A DNA stretch of 64,000 nucleotides from the NCBI GenBank assembly GCA_965221775.1, contig CBDCSU010000006.1, positions 1,536,001 through 1,600,000 on the forward strand, written 5' to 3'. The DNA comes from Candidatus Latescibacterota bacterium (GTDB lineage Bacteria; Latescibacterota; UBA2968; UBA8231). The notes beneath the pieces are model-generated. The model was not told where the DNA came from, did no database searches, and worked only from the letters and a program-made list of their open reading frames with translations. Made by a program: the position numbers and the translations under genes. This document shows positions 59,049-64,000 of this stretch, piece after piece. The first letter of the stretch is position 1, and the number at the start of each line of letters is the position of its first letter.

Positions 59049-61970
59049 ATGAAGACGAAACTGGTGGCGATGGCGTTGTTGTGGGCCATGGCAGGTCCTG
59101 GGAACACCCCTGGGCAGGCCAACGACCCGTCAGTCGATCCGTCGAAGAAGATCATCCTCATGGGAGGGGGCCATCGACGTCCGGACACGCTGCTGCGGGA
59201 TCTGGAACGGATGGAGAAGCTGGGGGCCTTCGACGGTATCGCGGTCTATCCCCCGTACGCCCTACGCGGCGACCGCAAGGAGGTCATCGGCCGGCTCTTT
59301 CGGACGGAGCGGCACGACATCGAGGACTTCGGCCAGGCCATTGCCGACCTGCAGGCCGTGCGCGCCAAGGCGACGCGGTTCAAGCACAACTTCCTGCTGG
59401 CCTACCTGACCACCGGCGTCGCCGCCATCGATCCGCCCGACTGGTTCGACCCGGAGTTCGACGCCGTCGTGCACAACTGGAAGGTCGCCGCCGACTTCTG
59501 CAAACGCAGTGGTCTGATGGGGATCATGTTCGACGACGAGGTCTACTACGGCGCCGATCTGTGGACGTACCGGGGCATCGGGCTCAAGTACCACGATACG
59601 AAGAGCGCCAAGGAATACGCGGACCAGGCCTTCCTGCGCGGGGCCCAGATCATGCGCGCCGTGAACGAGGTCTTCCCCGACATCAAGATCCTCTCCCTCC
59701 ACGGTCCCGGCGAGGGGCATGGCGATCGACTGGGCGACCCCGACGCCACGTATGGACTGATGCGGGCCTTCTTCGATGGCCTGCTCTCGGAGTCCACGGG
59801 CCGGGCGCAAATCATCGACGGTTACGAGAGGGCCTACGGATTTCGCTCGGCGTCGGACTACGCCGGGGCGCGCCGCCTCATGAAAGAGGAGATGCGCGAC
59901 ATCAGCCGCGTACCGGCGCAGTTCGAGAGGCATTTCAGGGTCGCCTTCCCCTTCTACATCGGGGGCTACAGGCAGTACGGCTTTGACGGCGACTACGAGA
60001 ACCTCGACGGCCTGCTGAGGGGAGAGGCGGAAGGCTACTACTACACGCCCGAGGAGTTCGAGTATTCCCTCTACCAGGCGCTCCGGCACACCGACGAGTA
60101 CGTCTGGGTGTACACGGACGGCAAGTGCAAGTGGTGGGACCGGGAGGAAGACAGCATATACATCGCACAGGCCTACAGGGATGCCCTCGAGAGGGTCCGC
60201 GGGAGGGTCCCCCCGCTGCCGAAGGGCCGCAGGCTGGCCGCCTATGCCACGCCCCGGGAGGCCGGACCCGCCGCCGTTGTCGAGAGCGGTCCGATCAGTG
60301 AGTCGAAGAAGATCATCATGTTCGGCAGCGGGCGCCGGCATCCTCGTGGATTGCGGCAGGACGTGGGATGGATGGAAGAGATGGCCGCCTTCGACGGCGT
60401 GACCCTCTACCCGGTGCTGTACCGCGAAGACGGCACCAAGTCCGAGGCCGTGGGACGGCTCTTCCGCACGGAGCGGCTCCGAATCGAGGACCTGGCCATC
60501 GGTATCGCCGACATGCAGGCGGCTCAAGCCGGGGCGCGGCGGTTCAAGGACAACTTCCTCCTCACCTACCTCACCACGGGCCGGAGGAGCCTCGTGCCAC
60601 CCGACTGGTTCGACCCGGAGTTCGACGCGGTTGTCCACAACTGGAGAGTCGCCGCCGACTTTGTCAAACGGACGGACCTGGCCGGCATCCTGTTCTCCGA
60701 CTCGGCCTGGTACGGCACGAACCTGTGGACTTACACGGGTCTGAAGTACGAAGAGACAAGATCTGCCCGCGAGTACGCCGACCAGGCCTTCAAGCGCGGC
60801 GCCCAGATCATGCGCGCCATCAACGAGGTGCATCCCGGCCTTCACATCGCCTTCATCAACGGCCCCGCCGAGTCCCGCGGAGCCACGGACGACGGCGCCC
60901 ATTTCGCGCTGCTTCGGGCCTTCGTCGACGGCCTGCTCTCCGAGTGCAAGGGCAAGGCACGCATCACCGGCCTGATGGGCCTCGACTACCGCTCGCCCGT
61001 CTCCTTCGCCGCCGCCCGCCGCTTCGCCAGGCAGACTCTCCGCAGTCTCAGCCGCGTTCCGGGAGAGCAGTTCGACAAGCATTTCCGGGTGGCCTTTGCC
61101 CTGAGCCTCGGCCCCCAGATGCCCTTCGACTTCTCCTCGGAGAACACCGGCCGCAACTACTACACCCCGCAGGAGTTCGAGTATGCCCTTCACCAGGCCC
61201 TGCGGCACACCGACGAGTACGTGTGGGTCTACAACGATCGCTGTGACTGGTGGGACAAGGGAGCCCACGGGACGTTCATCCCCCGAGGCTATCGGGACGC
61301 CCTGCTCGCCGCCCGCCAGCTGCATCCCGATCCGCCGGCCTTGCGAAACCCCGACCCCCACATCGCCTTTGAGGCGGTAAGGGCAAGGACCGACCTCCGA
61401 CGCACCGACATCGCTTCCCTGCCGGATGGCGCGACGCCGACGCCGCACCCACTCGCCTTCGTGCCCCATGACGACGAGGCCACTTTCGGGGACCTGTGGT
61501 CGGATCACGAGCCGCTGATGGAGCTGTCCAGCCGATGGCGGTTCCGGGCCGACGACCGCAACCTCGGGCTGGAGAAGGGATGGTCCGCACCCGGGTTCGA
61601 CGACAGCGGCTGGTTCCTGATCGACTCGGGCCTGCCGTGGGACGAGCACGGTTACCGCGCCTACGACGGCTACGGCTGGTACCGCCAGAGACTGCGCGCG
61701 CCGGCCCTGCCCGCGGGCAGGAAGATCTACCTGGCCTTCGGCGCCGTCGCGCACGGGGCGGAGGTCTACGTCAACGGCCGCCTGGCGGGGCAGCACAACA
61801 TGGATGGCTGGGCGCACGCGGTCGGGGATCCGTGGAAGAAGCGATTCCTCATCGACGTCACGGGGCTTCTGGTGGAGGGGCGGGACAGCACGATCGCGGT
61901 TCGTGTCGTCGACTATGGGCCTTGGGGCGGGGGGATCTGGAAGCCTGTGAAGTTGATCGCCGAGAAGTGA
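59049..61970 (+). CDS. Secreted protein with two tandem TIM-barrel glycosidase-like domains and a GH2-type sugar-binding domain
   Basis: Signal peptide; internal duplication with 387-aa offset (PPDWFDPEFDAVVHNW, EYADQAF.RGAQIMRA, QALRHTDEYVWVY); C-terminal WRFRAD..YDGYGWYR..FGAV..VYVNG. Confidence 0.8.
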   Translation: MKTKLVAMALLWAMAGPGNTPGQANDPSVDPSKKIILMGGGHRRPDTLLRDLERMEKLGAFDGIAVYPPYALRGDRKEVIGRLFRTERHDIEDFGQAIADLQAVRAKATRFKHNFLLAYLTTGVAAIDPPDWFDPEFDAVVHNWKVAADFCKRSGLMGIMFDDEVYYGADLWTYRGIGLKYHDTKSAKEYADQAFLRGAQIMRAVNEVFPDIKILSLHGPGEGHGDRLGDPDATYGLMRAFFDGLLSESTGRAQIIDGYERAYGFRSASDYAGARRLMKEEMRDISRVPAQFERHFRVAFPFYIGGYRQYGFDGDYENLDGLLRGEAEGYYYTPEEFEYSLYQALRHTDEYVWVYTDGKCKWWDREEDSIYIAQAYRDALERVRGRVPPLPKGRRLAAYATPREAGPAAVVESGPISESKKIIMFGSGRRHPRGLRQDVGWMEEMAAFDGVTLYPVLYREDGTKSEAVGRLFRTERLRIEDLAIGIADMQAAQAGARRFKDNFLLTYLTTGRRSLVPPDWFDPEFDAVVHNWRVAADFVKRTDLAGILFSDSAWYGTNLWTYTGLKYEETRSAREYADQAFKRGAQIMRAINEVHPGLHIAFINGPAESRGATDDGAHFALLRAFVDGLLSECKGKARITGLMGLDYRSPVSFAAARRFARQTLRSLSRVPGEQFDKHFRVAFALSLGPQMPFDFSSENTGRNYYTPQEFEYALHQALRHTDEYVWVYNDRCDWWDKGAHGTFIPRGYRDALLAARQLHPDPPALRNPDPHIAFEAVRARTDLRRTDIASLPDGATPTPHPLAFVPHDDEATFGDLWSDHEPLMELSSRWRFRADDRNLGLEKGWSAPGFDDSGWFLIDSGLPWDEHGYRAYDGYGWYRQRLRAPALPAGRKIYLAFGAVAHGAEVYVNGRLAGQHNMDGWAHAVGDPWKKRFLIDVTGLLVEGRDSTIAVRVVDYGPWGGGIWKPVKLIAEK

Positions 61971-62333
61971 GGGGGGCGGGGTGGGGTTCTGGCGGGGGCG
62001 GTGCCGGCGGCTCCGGCCGGGCCTCGGCGGCGCGTACGCCGGGCCTGGGTGGTGGAGCTATCGACTTGGGGGGGTTCGTGGGGATGGCGAGCCCCTCGCT
62101 GGGCTCGGGTCTCTGGGCCTCCTGGATGCGGGTGGTTGTTGACCCCGGCCCGGCGTAATGCGCCGCTCGGCTCGGCCTGCGCCGCCGTCACCGCCCATGG
62201 GGGGACCACCCATCCACACACTCTTCTGGGCCGTGTGGCGCCTGGGGGTGGTTCCGGGCCGGGGGTGGCTCCGGCGCCACTCGACTCGGTGGGGCGCCGG
62301 CCTGGTGGGGTGCTGTTGGTGGGGAAGCCCGGA
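61971..62333 (+). repeat. Structured intergenic repeat, copy 4
   Basis: Near-identical core to copies 1 and 2; fills the whole gap between two convergent stop codons. Confidence 0.92.
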
Positions 62334-62669
62334 CTACTCGATGATCCACTCTCCTGAGGCGCGGATGGCGTCGTACATGGCGTCGGGAGCTAGATCAGCC
62401 CCCGTGGGCCAGGTGACGGCGCCGAGGTCTACGCGGACCTGGCGGAACAGACTCTCATCCGTTAGCGGCTCGAAGGCGGTGCCGCGGACGGCGGGGCTCA
62501 TGAGGAATCTCCTCATGTCCACCTGACCGGATGTGTCGTCCGCGAAGCGGACCTGCAATCGCAGTCCGGGAAGCGCCTTGACATCCTGGACCCGCCATGG
62601 CGTGGCGGGCCTGGGAGGCGGGACTACTCCAGCGGTGGGATCGGTTGCGGCGACTTCAGTTGACGGCAT
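62334..62669 (-). CDS. DUF2442 family putative antitoxin (no adjacent DUF4160 partner)
   Basis: V.DV.ALPG.RL.VRF.D...G.VD, FEPL.D..LF.QV.V..GAVTWP.GADLAPD.MY. Confidence 0.85.
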   Translation of the reverse strand: MPSTEVAATDPTAGVVPPPRPATPWRVQDVKALPGLRLQVRFADDTSGQVDMRRFLMSPAVRGTAFEPLTDESLFRQVRVDLGAVTWPTGADLAPDAMYDAIRASGEWIIE

Positions 62670-62695
62670 AGATCCCAGTTGGCGCTGACCTGCGC

Positions 62696-63577
62696 TCAGA
62701 CCGCATCGACCACCTCGGCCAGCCCGGCATATCCGTTGCTCGGCTTGGGCCGGCGGGAGTGGTGGGAGGGCAGGAGCAGGGCCGCCTGCTGCGGAGGGGT
62801 GAGCTCGTCCCAGTAGGAGGGACGGCTCCCGCGGAGTCCGCCCCCGCCCCAGGCCATGTGGCCTGTGTTGTACTTGTAGAGGATGGCGCGGCGCTGATGG
62901 TCGGCGTTCCACGGGAGGGTGCCGTGGGTGCAAGCCTCGCTGAAGATGACGGCGTCGCCGGCCCTGGCGTTGATCTCGGTCACGTATTCCTGGTACTGCT
63001 CCCACCGGAGCATCTTCGCCGGGCAGGCGAGGTTGGCCTTGTGGCTGCCGGCGATGACGCTGATGCCGCCGTCGCCGGGGCCTTCGTCGGCGAGGAGGTA
63101 CTCGATGACGCAGAGGCCGGTGAAGATCCGGCCCTCGCGGTAGAAGTAGGGGGCGTTGTCGAAGTTGCCGTGCAGCATCCCCCCGGAGCATCCCTTGTCC
63201 ATGGCGATCAGGCCGGGGCCGTGGTCGAGGCGCCAGCCTTCGCTGAGGATGGTGTTGAGATGGGGCGTGGTCTTCGGATGGGCCAGCATCTCCCGGAAGG
63301 GCTCGCACCAGGGGTGGGGGAGCTCCATCAGGTTCTCGCTGTTGCCGAGGCGGGTTGAGCTGTTCTCGCCCCTCAGGGCCACCGACTCGCCGAAGTACTC
63401 CGGGCTCGGGGTGAGCTCCATGGAGTCGATGGCCTCGTTGGCCAGCTTCAGGTGCTCGTCGCTGAGCACGTCCCGCACGATCACGAACCCCAGCAGGTCG
63501 AAGAGGTACTTCTCGTCGTGGGACATCTGCTCCGTCTCCGGGCTGAGGGAGCGCGATGTGTTGGCGAGTTCGGTCAT
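62696..63577 (-). CDS. PhyH family Fe/2OG enzyme, close paralog of 33507-34292
   Basis: EKYLFDL.G, WCEPFR, RLDHGPGLIAMD, EYLLADEGPGDGG, GSHKANL, THGTLPW. Confidence 0.92.
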   Translation of the reverse strand: MTELANTSRSLSPETEQMSHDEKYLFDLLGFVIVRDVLSDEHLKLANEAIDSMELTPSPEYFGESVALRGENSSTRLGNSENLMELPHPWCEPFREMLAHPKTTPHLNTILSEGWRLDHGPGLIAMDKGCSGGMLHGNFDNAPYFYREGRIFTGLCVIEYLLADEGPGDGGISVIAGSHKANLACPAKMLRWEQYQEYVTEINARAGDAVIFSEACTHGTLPWNADHQRRAILYKYNTGHMAWGGGGLRGSRPSYWDELTPPQQAALLLPSHHSRRPKPSNGYAGLAEVVDAV

Positions 63578-63590
63578 GGTTGTTTCTCCC

Positions 63591-63945
63591 GTTGGATTGG
63601 ATTGGGTTCAAGATAAGGGTGGGAGGGGGGGTCTGGCAGGGGGCGGTGACGTCGGCTCCGGCCGCGCCTCGGCGGCGCGTACGCCGGGCCTGGTTGGTGG
63701 GGCTATCGCCTGGGGTGGATTCGTGGGGCTGGCGAGCCCCTCGCTGCGCTCGGGTCTCTGGGCCTCCTGGATGCGGTGCTTGTTGTCGCGGCCCTGCGTA
63801 ATGCGCCGCTCGGCCCGGCCTGCGCCGCCGTCACCGCTCTGAGTGGAACCTCACCCACAGACTCTTTTCTGGCGGGTGGCGCTTGGCAGGGGTTCTGAGC
63901 GGGGGGTGACTCCGGCGCCCCTTGGTACGGTGGCGCCGGGCTGCT
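63591..63945 (+). repeat. Structured intergenic repeat, copy 5
   Basis: Core cggctccggccgcgcctcggcggcgcgtacgccgggcctgg..gcgagcccctcgctgcgctcgggtctctgggcctcctggatgcg..gtgactccggcgcc. Confidence 0.9.
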
Positions 63946-64000
63946 GGGCTGGCGTTTGCCGGGCTATGCCAGCATCAGACGTTCGCCCTTGGGTTCCGGA

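Noticed and set aside
51028-63842. Short ORFs within the repeat copies (e.g. 51028-51336, 53280-53636, 61913-62221, 62001-62357)
   Set aside because: Frames are broken by indels between copies and lack coding-type codon bias
51097-63945. Classical integron attC array or CRISPR
   Set aside because: Units are about 350 bp, lack recognisable RYYYAAC/GTTRRRY ends, are kilobases apart, and no intI or cas gene is present

Overview
High-GC bacterial chromosomal window with no rRNA, tRNA, CRISPR or integrase. The gene set (three PhyH-family dioxygenases, a sulfatase, enolase-superfamily and Gfo/Idh/MocA enzymes, beta-propeller hydrolases, an FG-GAP protein with a FlgD-Ig-like tail, and a secreted protein ending in TWGGVK) resembles Latescibacterota/Poribacteria-type marine or sponge-associated bacteria; this is inference. 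Core genes are acnA, ilvD, uppP, a SulP transporter, a polyamine-type ABC operon and glycosyltransferases. Three lower-GC accessory inserts are present: an AAA-DUF4143 gene inside the ABC operon, a PHP/ABC-ATPase + AlbA_2/HATPase + KTSC trio, and a PARIS-like ATPase + DUF4435 pair. The most striking unexplained structure is a structured, non-coding direct repeat of about 350 bp. It occurs five times in the same orientation between 51 and 64 kb and brackets ilvD, an orphan hicB, the PARIS-like pair and an orphan DUF2442 gene in a cassette-like array. Also notable are a uppP-aldolase-(MTHFR/methyltransferase fusion)-(DGR-motif propeller) operon, a PhyH enzyme with a halogenase-type HxG motif, a degenerate type III restriction Res nuclease, and a tandem glycosidase-like protein whose second domain looks inactive. 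All family calls come from motif recognition, not database searches.
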